From contig CBDEVR010000002.1 in NCBI GenBank assembly GCA_965243745.1, positions 1,237,986 through 1,301,985 of the forward strand: a DNA stretch of 64,000 nucleotides, read 5' to 3'. Below, in pieces: positions 26,239-35,393 of this stretch; within the stretch, counting starts at the first letter, position 1, and every line of letters starts with the position of its first letter. Made by a program: the position numbers and the translations under genes. Origin of the DNA: Dehalococcoidia bacterium (lineage in GTDB: Bacteria; Chloroflexota; Dehalococcoidia; Lucifugimonadales; Australimonadaceae). The notes beneath the pieces were generated by a model. The model did not search any database, was not told the DNA's origin, and saw only the letters and a list, made by a program, of their open reading frames with translations.

Positions 26239-29200
26239 TTACGCAGAGCGCTCGACCCCCACGGTGAGCGTTGCACCGTCTATCTCGTGCTCCTCGGCGT
26301 AGGCGCCGGGCGGGGGCGCGGCGGCGTGCAGGGCATCGCTGAGGGTCTCCTGGCGGATGTACGCTTCCTGGGCCATGAGGGCGTGGGGAAGGGACGGGGA
26401 CGAGGTTCCTGCCTTCGCAGGAACGACGTAGGTGACGATGCGGTCCTCGATCTCGAAGCCGGCGGCCTTCCGCATGTTCTGGACGAGGTGCACGAACTCG
26501 CGCGCCGTTCCCTCCGCCTCCAGTTCCGGCGTGAGGGTTGTGTCGATGCCGACGAGCAAGGCACCCTCGGACGCGACGGCGATGCCGGGCTTGTCCTCCA
26601 CCTCGACCTGGAAGTCGCCGGGCTCGAACGTGAAGCCACCGAGCTCGATGCTGCCGTATCCGCCGGAACGGAGGGCGGCTGACACCACTGCGGGGTCAGC
26701 TTCGGCGATGGCCTGCCGCGCCGCGCCCATGTTCGCGCCGAGTTTCGGGCCGAGCACGGGCAGGTTCGGCTTGAGAATGAAGTCCGCGAAGGACTCAGGC
26801 TCCGTGACTTCCATGGCCTTGACGTTCAGCTCATCGAGCACCTGCGACTCGATGAGCGGCAGGAGTTCTTCGTCCCCTGCCCTGGGGCTGACGAGGACGC
26901 GGGCGAGGGGCTGCCGCACTTTGACGCCGCTCTTGCTGCGCGCGTTGCGCCCGAGGCTGGCGATACGCATCGCGAGGCGCACGGCGCGGTCGAGGCGCTC
27001 GTCGGTGAGGGAGGGATCGGTTGCCGGGAAGGATTCGACGTGCACGCTCTCCCCTGCGTCGGCGGGCGCGAGGTTGCGGAAGATGGCGTCGGCGACGAAC
27101 GGGGTCATGGGGGCGGTGAGCTTCGTGAGCGTGTGGAGACAGGAGTAGAGCGTCACGTACGCCCAGGTCTTGTCGTCGTCGTTCTCGGCCTTCCAGAAGC
27201 GGCGTCGGCTGCGGCGGACGTACCAGTTGGAGAGGAGGTTGACGAAGTCCTGGATGCGGCGTCCCGCGCCGGTGGGGTTGAGCGCGTCGAGGTCGCCTCC
27301 GACCTGCGCGACGAGGCCGTTCAACTCGGAGACGATCCAGCGGTCCAATTCGTTCGGCGGAGGCGCGGCGAGGATCGGCTCGCCGACGCGTCCGTCCTGC
27401 CAGTACTCGGCGTGGGCGTCGGGGTCGAAGCCGTCGATGTTGGCGTAGGTGACGTAGAAGCTGTAGGTGTTCCAGAGCGTGAGCAGGAACTGGCGCAGTG
27501 TCTCCTTGACGAGGTCCGCGGAGAAGCGGCGCGCGTCGCCGGCGGGGGCGGCGGTGAAGAGGTACCAGCGGAGGGCGTCCGCGCCGTGCTCGTTCATCAC
27601 GGCCCAGGGGTCGACGACGTTCCCCTTCGACTTGGACATCTTCTCGCCCTTGCCGTCCAGGATGAGGCCAAGGACGAGGCAGCTCTCGTACGAGGGCTTG
27701 CCCGTGATGAGGGTGGAGAGGGCGAGCAGACTGTAGAACCAGCCGCGCGTCTGATCGACGGCCTCAGTGATGTAGTTCGCGGGGAAGAGCGGGCTGGCGA
27801 TGAGGTCGTCCACGCTGTTGAGGGTCACTTCCTCACCGCCGGAGCCCTTGACGGTGACGGGGTAGTCCCACTGGGCGAACGGCATCGCGCCGGAGTCGTA
27901 CCAGGCGTCGGCGACCTCCGTGACGCGCTTCATCGTGCAGCCGCAGCCGGGCTTGTCGCATTTCAGCTCGACGCGGTCGACGTATGGGCGGTGCAGGTCG
28001 AGCCCGTCGAGCAGGCCCCGCGTCTCGTCCGTGACACGCTCTGCGAGGTCGGCGGTCGAACCCGCGCAGACGACGTGCCGGGGGTCTTCGGCGCAGCGCC
28101 AGATGGGGATGGGCGTGCCCCAGTAGCGCTCGCGGGAGACGGACCAGTCGACGTTGTTGCGCAGCCACTCGCCGAAGCGGCCCTCCTTGATGTGCTCCGG
28201 CACCCACTCGATGCCCCGGTTGCCCGCGAGCATCTCGTCCTTCATCGCGGTCGTGCGGATGTACCAGGAGGTCTTGGCGTAGTAAAGGAGGGGAGTACCG
28301 CAACGCCAGCAGAAGGGGTAGGTGTGGCTGTAAGGCGAGGCGTCGCGGAAGAGCAGGCCGCGCTCGTCGAGGTCGCGGATCAGCTGCTTGTCGGCGTCCT
28401 TCACGAACGTGCCGCCGCCGGGGAAGTCGTCCGCGAGTACGCCATGGATGTCGACGGTGTGGACGGTCTCGATGCCGTGCGCCCTGCCGAGCTCGGCGTC
28501 CTCCGCGCCGTAGGCGACGGCGCTGTGCACGATGCCGGTGCCGTCGGCGGTCGATACGAAGTCGGCGGGGAGCACGCGGTGTGCGTGCCCGTGCTTCGCG
28601 AGGAAGTCGCCGTAGGGGGCGTCGTACTCGATGCCGACGAGGTCCGCGCCGGTGCAGCGCGCGACCTCGTGCCAGCCGTCGCCGAGCACGCTCGCTGCCA
28701 GCGCCTCAGCGACGATGGCGCGTTCGCCGTCCTCGTTCTCCGACAGGACGTAGGACACGTCCGGGCCGACGGCCAGCGCGCAGTTCGCGGTGAGCGTCCA
28801 GGGTGTGGTCGTCCACGCGATGAAGGCGGGCCGGGACGCGGCCCATCGCCCGCCGTCGTAACCGAGGGCGGCGAGCGTACCTGACGACGCGTTGTAAAAC
28901 ATGGACTGGGACTCGCTCACGGGGAATCGGATGTAGATGCTGGGGTCGGGGGTGTCCTCCTGGTAGCCGAGCGCGACCTCGTGGGAGCTGAGGCTCGTGA
29001 CGCAGCGCGGGCAGTGGGGCGTGACCTTGTAGCCCTCGTAGATAAGGCCCTTGTCCCAGAGGCGCTTGAACACCCACCACGCCGACTCGATGTAAGAGTT
29101 GTGGTAGGTCACGTAGGCGTCGGCCATGTCGAGCCAGACGCCCGCCCGCTCGGTCATGGCCTCCCACTCGCCGACGTAGCGGAAGACGCTCTCGCGGCAG

Positions 29201-29577
29201 CGGCGGTTGAACTCCTCGATACCGAACTCCTCGATCTCCTGCTTGCTGGAGATGCCAAGCTCCTTCTCGATCTCCAGCTCCACGGGCAGGCCGTGGGTGT
29301 CCCATCCGCCGCGGCGCAGGGGCCGGAAGCCGCGCATGGTCTTGTAGCGCAGGATGACGTCCTTGAACGAGCGGGAGAGGACGTGATGGATGCCGGGGCT
29401 GCCGTTCGCGGTGGGCGGGCCCTCGTAGAAGACGAAGAGGGGCGCGTCCGCGCGGGCACGATCGACCTGGTGGAACAAATCCGAGTCCCGCCATGATCCG
29501 AGTACCGAGGTCTCCAACTGCGGGAAGTCCACCTTGCTGGAGACGGGTTCGTACCGCTTCTTCGCGTTGCCTGCCAT
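26239..29577 (-). CDS. ileS: isoleucine--tRNA ligase
   Basis: Internal ATG 29577 with GAAGGAG SD (MAGNAKKRYEPVSSKVDFP). HIGH-type PGIHHV, KMSKS, Zn-finger-like CPRC and CWRC. Confidence 0.95.
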   Translation of the reverse strand: MAGNAKKRYEPVSSKVDFPQLETSVLGSWRDSDLFHQVDRARADAPLFVFYEGPPTANGSPGIHHVLSRSFKDVILRYKTMRGFRPLRRGGWDTHGLPVELEIEKELGISSKQEIEEFGIEEFNRRCRESVFRYVGEWEAMTERAGVWLDMADAYVTYHNSYIESAWWVFKRLWDKGLIYEGYKVTPHCPRCVTSLSSHEVALGYQEDTPDPSIYIRFPVSESQSMFYNASSGTLAALGYDGGRWAASRPAFIAWTTTPWTLTANCALAVGPDVSYVLSENEDGERAIVAEALAASVLGDGWHEVARCTGADLVGIEYDAPYGDFLAKHGHAHRVLPADFVSTADGTGIVHSAVAYGAEDAELGRAHGIETVHTVDIHGVLADDFPGGGTFVKDADKQLIRDLDERGLLFRDASPYSHTYPFCWRCGTPLLYYAKTSWYIRTTAMKDEMLAGNRGIEWVPEHIKEGRFGEWLRNNVDWSVSRERYWGTPIPIWRCAEDPRHVVCAGSTADLAERVTDETRGLLDGLDLHRPYVDRVELKCDKPGCGCTMKRVTEVADAWYDSGAMPFAQWDYPVTVKGSGGEEVTLNSVDDLIASPLFPANYITEAVDQTRGWFYSLLALSTLITGKPSYESCLVLGLILDGKGEKMSKSKGNVVDPWAVMNEHGADALRWYLFTAAPAGDARRFSADLVKETLRQFLLTLWNTYSFYVTYANIDGFDPDAHAEYWQDGRVGEPILAAPPPNELDRWIVSELNGLVAQVGGDLDALNPTGAGRRIQDFVNLLSNWYVRRSRRRFWKAENDDDKTWAYVTLYSCLHTLTKLTAPMTPFVADAIFRNLAPADAGESVHVESFPATDPSLTDERLDRAVRLAMRIASLGRNARSKSGVKVRQPLARVLVSPRAGDEELLPLIESQVLDELNVKAMEVTEPESFADFILKPNLPVLGPKLGANMGAARQAIAEADPAVVSAALRSGGYGSIELGGFTFEPGDFQVEVEDKPGIAVASEGALLVGIDTTLTPELEAEGTAREFVHLVQNMRKAAGFEIEDRIVTYVVPAKAGTSSPSLPHALMAQEAYIRQETLSDALHAAAPPPGAYAEEHEIDGATLTVGVERSA

Positions 29578-29880
29578 GCTGCTCCTTCTGAACAAGAAAA
29601 CGCCCGACCGCACACCGGCGGGCGGACGTTGCCGTGGTACCACCACCATTCCCATGCGCGTTCAGCGCACGGGCACTCGGGACCTCGCGCCGCGCACGGG
29701 TGCGGGCGGAAGGCTGCCGCTGTAACGGGCGGACTGCCCGTCCGCGCCTACTGGCCCCGCTGCGGAGCGTTCGGGCGGCGGCTCAGGAGGGATATTCGGC
29801 GGGTCGCGCGCACCGGCTCTCACCGTACCCGGCTCGCTCTGCGCGCAGTGGCCCGCGTACTCGTCTCCGTCGCAGCCTGT
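29578..29880 (-). promoter_or_regulatory. T-box leader (tRNA-sensing riboswitch) of ileS
   Basis: Minus strand shows a K-turn/stem I start CUGCGACGGAGACGAGUAC and AGAGCGAGCC...GGUGAGAGCCGG. Also F-box CCGUUACA and T-box AAUGGUGGUGGUACCACGG. Terminator CGCCCGCCGGUGUGCGGUCGGGCG+UUUUCUUGUU. AUC triplet at complement(29791..29793). Confidence 0.85.
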
Positions 29881-29886
29881 CGTTCG

Positions 29887-29916
29887 ATGGTAGCGGGGGA
29901 GGCGCACAGGCGTCAA
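29887..29916 (-). promoter_or_regulatory. candidate promoter of the ileS T-box leader
   Basis: Minus strand reads TTGACG-N18-TACCAT about 10 nt upstream of stem I. Confidence 0.4.
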
Positions 29917-30000
29917 ACGGGGGACGGGACCAGCGCAGTCTCGTTGACGCTCCATCGAGCACGCCCGTAGAATCGCCACAGTGCCGCCACCGCTTCTGCC

Positions 30001-30816
30001 GTGGGAACGGCTGCAAGGAAGGTGACTGCTTTGGATATCGGTAATGCGCTCACGCGCTACCTCTCGGAACGTGCCAGCAAACTCGACTCGTATGCCCACC
30101 AGGAACTCCACCGCTTCGTGTCGCACATCGGACGCGAAAAGCTGATCGAGCAGGTAAGAGCTCCCCACGTAGCAGGCTACGCAGAGGCAGAGGTCTCGAA
30201 GGGAGGCGACGTCAGGGGGCGCCTGGACCCGGTGAAGGGGTTCCTGACGTATCTCAGCAAGAAGGGGATCCATACCGAGAACCTCTCAACGCATGTCAAG
30301 ATCCCCAGGCCGAGCATCAGGGGCGGAGCCGTCTCCACGCGTCCGGCCTTCCAGACGATGGAGATGACCGAGAGCGGGCTCGAAGCCCGCAAGAAGGAGT
30401 TGGCGGAGCTGAAGGGCCAGCGCCCGGAGATCGTACAGGCGATCAGGACCGCCGCCGCGGACAAGGACTTCCGGGAGAACGCGCCGCTCGACGCAGCCCG
30501 CGAGGAGCAGGGCAAGATAGAGGCGCGCATCCGCGACCTGGAAGAAGAGATCCGCCGCGCGGAGGTTGTCGAGGCACAGGGCGGCTCCGGGGTCGGGGTC
30601 GGCGCTACCGTCACCCTGCGCAATCTGGACAGCGACAAGGACGAGACGTACTCCATCGTCGACACGATGGAGGCGGACCCCGCATCTGCCAGGATATCGG
30701 TCTCATCTCCTATCGGCGCCGCTATCGCGGGCAAAATCGAAGGTACCCAGGTGAGCGTCCAGACCCCCAAGGGCGCCCGCCGCTACCGCATCAGCAAGGT
30801 CAAGTTCCAGGTCTAG
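30001..30816 (+). CDS. GreA/GreB-family transcript cleavage factor with ~120-aa N-terminal extension
   Basis: C-terminal half has the GreA coiled coil (RKKELAELKGQRPEIVQAIRTAAADKDFRENAPLDAAREEQGKIEARIRDLEEEI) and globular domain (ISVSSPIGAAIAGK). The N-terminus resembles an integrase SAM-like core-binding domain. Confidence 0.8.
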   Translation: MGTAARKVTALDIGNALTRYLSERASKLDSYAHQELHRFVSHIGREKLIEQVRAPHVAGYAEAEVSKGGDVRGRLDPVKGFLTYLSKKGIHTENLSTHVKIPRPSIRGGAVSTRPAFQTMEMTESGLEARKKELAELKGQRPEIVQAIRTAAADKDFRENAPLDAAREEQGKIEARIRDLEEEIRRAEVVEAQGGSGVGVGATVTLRNLDSDKDETYSIVDTMEADPASARISVSSPIGAAIAGKIEGTQVSVQTPKGARRYRISKVKFQV

Positions 30817-30956
30817 CGCTGTTCGGAGCCGTACGCAAGCGCCTACGCTCGCTCCTCTGGGGAGCGGCTTACCGTCGTGCCGTCCGTCCGCTGCTGTTCA
30901 GGCTCCCACCCGAGACAGCCATCAACGCGGGCACGCGCTCCCTGCGCGTACGTCCG

Positions 30957-31853
30957 GTGTGGCGCGCGCTCGGGCCGTCGGACGACGAAGTAAGCCTGCC
31001 CGCCTCCGTTGGCGGCATCCCGCTGCGTAATCCGGTGGGGCTGGCGGCGGGGCTCGACAAGCACTGTGCGTCGCTGGACAGCCTCGCCGCGCTCGGCTTC
31101 GGGTACGTGGTCGGCGGGACCGTGACGGCGCACCCGCGCCCCGGCAACGCGAAGCCCCGCGTTCTCCGGCTCACCGAGCGCGAGTCCGTCATCAACGCGC
31201 TCGGCTTCCCCGGCGACGGCCTCGACGCAGCGCTCGGGCGGCTCGAACGGCTGCGCCGGATGCCCGCGCGCGTCCTCGTGAGCGTCGCTGCGCTCGACGA
31301 GGCGGAGACGGCGGAGTGCGTCGAGCGCCTGCAGCCACTCGTGGACGGCGTCGAGGTGAACATCAGCTCCCCCAACACGGCGGGGCTGCGCCGCTTCCAC
31401 GAGCCGGAGGCGCTGCGCGGTCTGCTGGGCGTGCTCGACGCCGTGCGGCTGAAGCCGCTGTTCGTGAAGCTACCGCCGTGGACGAACGATGAGGAGCGCG
31501 AGCAGATACTCGCCCTGGTGCGCGTCTGCCGGGAGGCGGGTGTGGACGCGGTGACGGCAGCGAACACGATACCCGTGGAGGACGCGCGGCTCGCCACTGG
31601 AAGGGGCGGGCTGAGTGGGCGTGCGATACTGGAGAACATGCTGGCGATGCTGCCCGAGATGCGCTCCGAGCTGGGAAACAACGTGGGATTGAACGCCTGC
31701 GGTGGCATCGCCTCGGCGGACGACGCCCGCGCTGCGCTGGAGGCCGGGGCGGATACGGTGCAGTTGTACACGGCGCTCGTCTTCCAGGGGCCGGGACTCG
31801 TCGAGGAGATCTGCAACGGACTGCGCGCGCAGCCCCCAGAGGGATGGCGATGA
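30957..31853 (+). CDS. pyrD: dihydroorotate dehydrogenase (class 2-like, short N-terminus)
   Basis: IPLRNPVGLAAGLDK, INALGFPGDG, NISSPNT, GGIASADDA. First in-frame ATG/GTG/TTG is GTG 30957. Confidence 0.85.
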   Translation: MWRALGPSDDEVSLPASVGGIPLRNPVGLAAGLDKHCASLDSLAALGFGYVVGGTVTAHPRPGNAKPRVLRLTERESVINALGFPGDGLDAALGRLERLRRMPARVLVSVAALDEAETAECVERLQPLVDGVEVNISSPNTAGLRRFHEPEALRGLLGVLDAVRLKPLFVKLPPWTNDEEREQILALVRVCREAGVDAVTAANTIPVEDARLATGRGGLSGRAILENMLAMLPEMRSELGNNVGLNACGGIASADDARAALEAGADTVQLYTALVFQGPGLVEEICNGLRAQPPEGWR

Positions 31854-32197
31854 CGCAGGACGAGCGCGTCCGCGCAGCTGAGGAGGTCCTCGCCGCCACG
31901 GGCCCGCTGCGCAACCTCTCGGATGAGGTGCGCTCCTACCCGCTGCGCCTGCTGCGCCTCGTGGCGGAGCAGTACGCCGCCCGCAAAGCGCCGGTGTCCG
32001 ACCACATGCTGCGGCTGCCGCCGTACCTGGGCGAGACCGCGCTGCGCGGTCTGCTGGAGGGCGGATTCGTGGAGCGCGTGACGGCCTCGTACGCCGTGTA
32101 CGCCTACGCTCCGACGCCCGAGGGACTGGCGCTGCTGGCGTCGCTGGAAGAGAGCACGGGCGCTCCGAAAGCGCGCAAACCCCGCAGGCGAGGCTGA
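31844..32197 (+). CDS. hypothetical protein (possible winged-helix)
   Basis: 117-aa ORF overlapping the pyrD end by 10 nt. GC3-rich codons. No recognised family. Confidence 0.5.
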   Translation: MAMTQDERVRAAEEVLAATGPLRNLSDEVRSYPLRLLRLVAEQYAARKAPVSDHMLRLPPYLGETALRGLLEGGFVERVTASYAVYAYAPTPEGLALLASLEESTGAPKARKPRRRG

Positions 32198-32219
32198 GGC
32201 GCCCCAGCAGGCGCAGCGT

Positions 32220-32672
32220 TCAGGCCCTGCTCCGGCGCAGCACCACGTACGTCACGACCGTCGAGGTGATGAGGCTGAGCAGCCCCCCGATGAGGATGTC
32301 CACGGGCACCAGGACGGCAGGCCAGTCGGCGAACGTAACGAAGATCGGCGCGATGTACGTGGCGTACGCCGCACAGCCTAGGGCGAAGCTGTTCCGCATG
32401 GCGATGCCGAGGCTGTTCTCCCTGATCGCCGGCTGGATCGCCAGGTAGTAGTTGGCGAAAGCGATCAGCAGGAAGAATGCGAGCAGGGCGATGAACTCGA
32501 CGCCACCCCATGTATCCATCTGCTTTCCGAAGGCGTCCAGGAGCGCGTCGCTGCCGCTGGCCTCGTGGAGGCTCTCGTACATGCCCCGCGCGATGGGGGA
32601 AACGTTCCACACGATGTCTACGACCGCATAGACCAGGAATGCCGCTATGAACCTGGGGTAATGCATGTTCAC
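32220..32672 (-). CDS. DUF2177 family membrane protein
   Basis: 150 aa, 4 hydrophobic spans. N-terminus FIAAFLVYAVVDIVWN typical of DUF2177 as I recall it. Confidence 0.6.
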   Translation of the reverse strand: MNMHYPRFIAAFLVYAVVDIVWNVSPIARGMYESLHEASGSDALLDAFGKQMDTWGGVEFIALLAFFLLIAFANYYLAIQPAIRENSLGIAMRNSFALGCAAYATYIAPIFVTFADWPAVLVPVDILIGGLLSLITSTVVTYVVLRRSRA

Positions 32673-32726
32673 CTCCCGTACGTTCAGGGCTGAAGGCTGG
32701 CCGAGCTTACAGGAGACACGTCTGCG

Positions 32727-33218
32727 TTACCAACCTCCCCCAAGCCTCTTGAGTGCTGCGCCCGATACGCGGTATGTCGTCTGATTATCCAGCGGCACTG
32801 CGCCCAGCTTGCGGTAGAAGCCGATTGCGGAATCGTTCCAATCGAGTGCCACCCATTCGAGTCTCCCGCAGCCTCGTTCCACGGCAATCCTGCCCACATG
32901 CCGGAGGAGCGCTTCGCCGAAGCCTCGTCCGCGGTGTTCTTTCCTCACGAACAAGTCTTCCAAATACAAGCCTGGCTTACCCAGGAACGTGGAGAACGTA
33001 TGGAAGTACAGTGCGAAGCCCACTGCATTGCCCTCCGCCTCTGCAACGCACGCTTCGGCGTAGGGCCGCTCACTGAATAGCCCCAAACGAAGCTCTGCCT
33101 CGGAGGCGCTTACTTCACGTGCGAGACCCTGATGGGCCGCTAACTCACATATCAGGTTCAGTAGAACTGGCACGTCTGAAATCTCGGCGTCGCGGATGTG
33201 GAAATCACTGGGCAACAT
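32727..33218 (-). CDS. GNAT family N-acetyltransferase
   Basis: Internal ATG (MLPSDFHIRDAEISD). Acetyl-CoA motif VRKEHRGRGFGEALL. Confidence 0.85.
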   Translation of the reverse strand: MLPSDFHIRDAEISDVPVLLNLICELAAHQGLAREVSASEAELRLGLFSERPYAEACVAEAEGNAVGFALYFHTFSTFLGKPGLYLEDLFVRKEHRGRGFGEALLRHVGRIAVERGCGRLEWVALDWNDSAIGFYRKLGAVPLDNQTTYRVSGAALKRLGGGW

Positions 33219-33270
33219 GAGTGTTCTCAGCAGTAGCCTAGCATGCAAACACACGCGGCTAGCCTACTCA

Positions 33271-34380
33271 TCAACGCTCGCGGCCGCGCGCCCAGTTGAG
33301 CTCGACGAAGCCCTGTCCGACGACCTCGCCGGACGGGTCGAGCACGTCGACGCCCGCTTCCCAGTAGGTGACGCCGATCGTCTCGCTGCGGTACTCGGAC
33401 TCCTCCTCCAGCGGACGCAGCATCAGGGAGAGCCTCTCACCGGGTACTTCGACGTTCCAGTGCGTGCGGTAGGCCGTCTCGGTCACGGGGCTGCGCCAGA
33501 CCGGACCGCCGGGGGTGAGCGAGACCTCATCCGCGAGCAGCGTCCGCGCGGGTTGGCCCGGCCTCCGGAGCGTGGCGTAGCGCTCGATCAGCGGGCCCTC
33601 GCGGTCGTAGAGGCTGGAGACCATGAGGTCCGTGCCGTCATCCAGCTGGATACTCGTCCAGTCCCACTCGACGGCGACGGGCTGGAAGTCGCCCCACTGC
33701 TTGTCGAGCCATGCGAGTCCGGAGACGCCGGTTGTCGAGCCGTCGGGGAGCGTGAGCGTTCCGGTCAGGGCGAGGCGCGGGCGCGTGTAGTAGTAGGTGA
33801 CGCCGGCGTAGTCGAAGTCCACGAGGCCGCCCTGGTGCAGCAGCGGCTCCGCTGTCGAGCGGAGCGTGAGATCGTAGGCGTAGCCGCCCGCCTCCGCGCG
33901 CAGGATGTAGGTCTCCCCGCCGGAGCCTGCCATGAGCGAGCCCTGCACCGCGAGTTCGAAGTCTCCCGCTGCCGTCTCGACCGGAGCGGCTACCTCGAAG
34001 AGCTCTTCGTGGGCGTAGCCCGCCCCAGCGCCGAGTCCGATGTGCCGTACGTGGGCGGCGACGCCGGTGGAGGGCTCCCGGATGCGGAAGACGACGTCGT
34101 GCAGGGCGTAGCGCTCCTGCTCCTCCGAGGTGAAGTGAGCGTTGAAGTACCACCACTCGACCAGGTAGGTGTGCGGCGACTCGTCGGCGGGAAGGGTGAC
34201 GGGAGGGAGGTCGCTCAGCGGCAGGGGTGTGGGTATGGGGAATGGCGTTGCGGTAGCGGTCGGCGTGGGAGCAGGGGTGGGCGTCGCGGTGGGAGTGGGC
34301 GTTGGAGTCGGCGAGGCGCACGCCGCAAGCAGGCCGGTGGCGAGCCCTAAGGAGGTGATGACGCGTGTTGCCCGGTTCAT
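33271..34380 (-). CDS. lipocalin-like / AttH (CrtC N-terminal-like) domain lipoprotein
   Basis: Internal ATG 34380 gives MNRATRVITSLGLATGLLAAC lipobox. TP-rich linker. EWWYFNAHF motif. Confidence 0.7.
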   Translation of the reverse strand: MNRATRVITSLGLATGLLAACASPTPTPTPTATPTPAPTPTATATPFPIPTPLPLSDLPPVTLPADESPHTYLVEWWYFNAHFTSEEQERYALHDVVFRIREPSTGVAAHVRHIGLGAGAGYAHEELFEVAAPVETAAGDFELAVQGSLMAGSGGETYILRAEAGGYAYDLTLRSTAEPLLHQGGLVDFDYAGVTYYYTRPRLALTGTLTLPDGSTTGVSGLAWLDKQWGDFQPVAVEWDWTSIQLDDGTDLMVSSLYDREGPLIERYATLRRPGQPARTLLADEVSLTPGGPVWRSPVTETAYRTHWNVEVPGERLSLMLRPLEEESEYRSETIGVTYWEAGVDVLDPSGEVVGQGFVELNWARGRER

Positions 34381-34456
34381 GCGGCCTACTCTGCGAAACC
34401 AGATTACCCGAACGGCTGACGCTTTGGGGAGTGGTTGGCCTAGAATAGCGCGCGTT

Positions 34457-35380
34457 ATGCGACTTGCCCTGCCTGCCACCCTCCGGGGAAGAGCGCTGCT
34501 CGCCGGAGCCGTCATCGTCATCGTTGGGCTGCTCTACCTGCTCGTCTCGCTCTACATCGTCAACACCGCGCTGGTCGCGGAGCGGAACGAGATCGAGGAG
34601 TTTCCAGAGAACTTCGGGCTTGTCTACGAGGAGGTCGAGTTCTCGCCGCGCGACTGGCCGGAGCTGACCCTGCGCGGCTGGTGGCTGCCCGCGGACGACG
34701 CGAAGGGCATCGTGATCCGCGTGCACGGGCTGGACGCCACCCGGGACTCGTCGCTGGGACTCTCGAAGGCGCTGGTGGAGGGCGGTTACTCGGTGCTCGT
34801 CTTCGACCTGCGCGGGCACGGCGAGTCCGACGTCGCGCAGATGGGCGCGGGCATCCACGAGCAGGACGACCTGCGCGGCGCGATCGATTACGTGCTGAAC
34901 GAGCGCGGTGCGGAGCCGGGACGGGTGCTCGTCTACGGCGACTCGTTCGGAGGAGCGATCGCGCTGATGACGGCGATCGACGAGCCCGCGGTGGTTGGCC
35001 TGTTCTCCGACTCGTCGTTCACGAGCGTGTCGGACCTGATGATCCAGGAGATCGCGGACCGCACGAGGGCGGCGCACTGGAGCGCGGTCGCGCTGCGGCC
35101 GGGCATCCTGTTCGTTGCGAATACGGTCAAGGGGCTGGACATCAACGCGGTGCGGCCCGTCGACTCAGCCGCGCTCTACGACTATCCGCTTGGGCTGGTG
35201 CACTGCCGTGGCGACGAGCGCGTGCCGCTCGAACACCTGGCGCAGATACGCGCCCAGGTGCAGGCCTCGCCCCACATGACCATCTACGAGAACTGCGAGC
35301 ACAGCGAGGGGTGGGAGGACTACACGGACCACTACGAGGCGTACCTGCTGGACTACTTCGACCAGCGCCTCGGGCTGTGA
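34457..35380 (+). CDS. alpha/beta hydrolase with N-terminal membrane anchor
   Basis: Internal ATG (MRLALPATLRGRALLAGAVIVIVGLLYLLV). Nucleophile elbow GDSFGG; distal Asp/His (CRGDERV, CEHSEGW). Confidence 0.8.
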   Translation: MRLALPATLRGRALLAGAVIVIVGLLYLLVSLYIVNTALVAERNEIEEFPENFGLVYEEVEFSPRDWPELTLRGWWLPADDAKGIVIRVHGLDATRDSSLGLSKALVEGGYSVLVFDLRGHGESDVAQMGAGIHEQDDLRGAIDYVLNERGAEPGRVLVYGDSFGGAIALMTAIDEPAVVGLFSDSSFTSVSDLMIQEIADRTRAAHWSAVALRPGILFVANTVKGLDINAVRPVDSAALYDYPLGLVHCRGDERVPLEHLAQIRAQVQASPHMTIYENCEHSEGWEDYTDHYEAYLLDYFDQRLGL

Positions 35381-35393
35381 GGGCGCGGGGCGC

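Noticed and set aside
27040-28884. 614-aa plus-strand ORF
   Set aside because: It lies antisense within ileS, has no recognisable motifs, and shows shadow-ORF composition.
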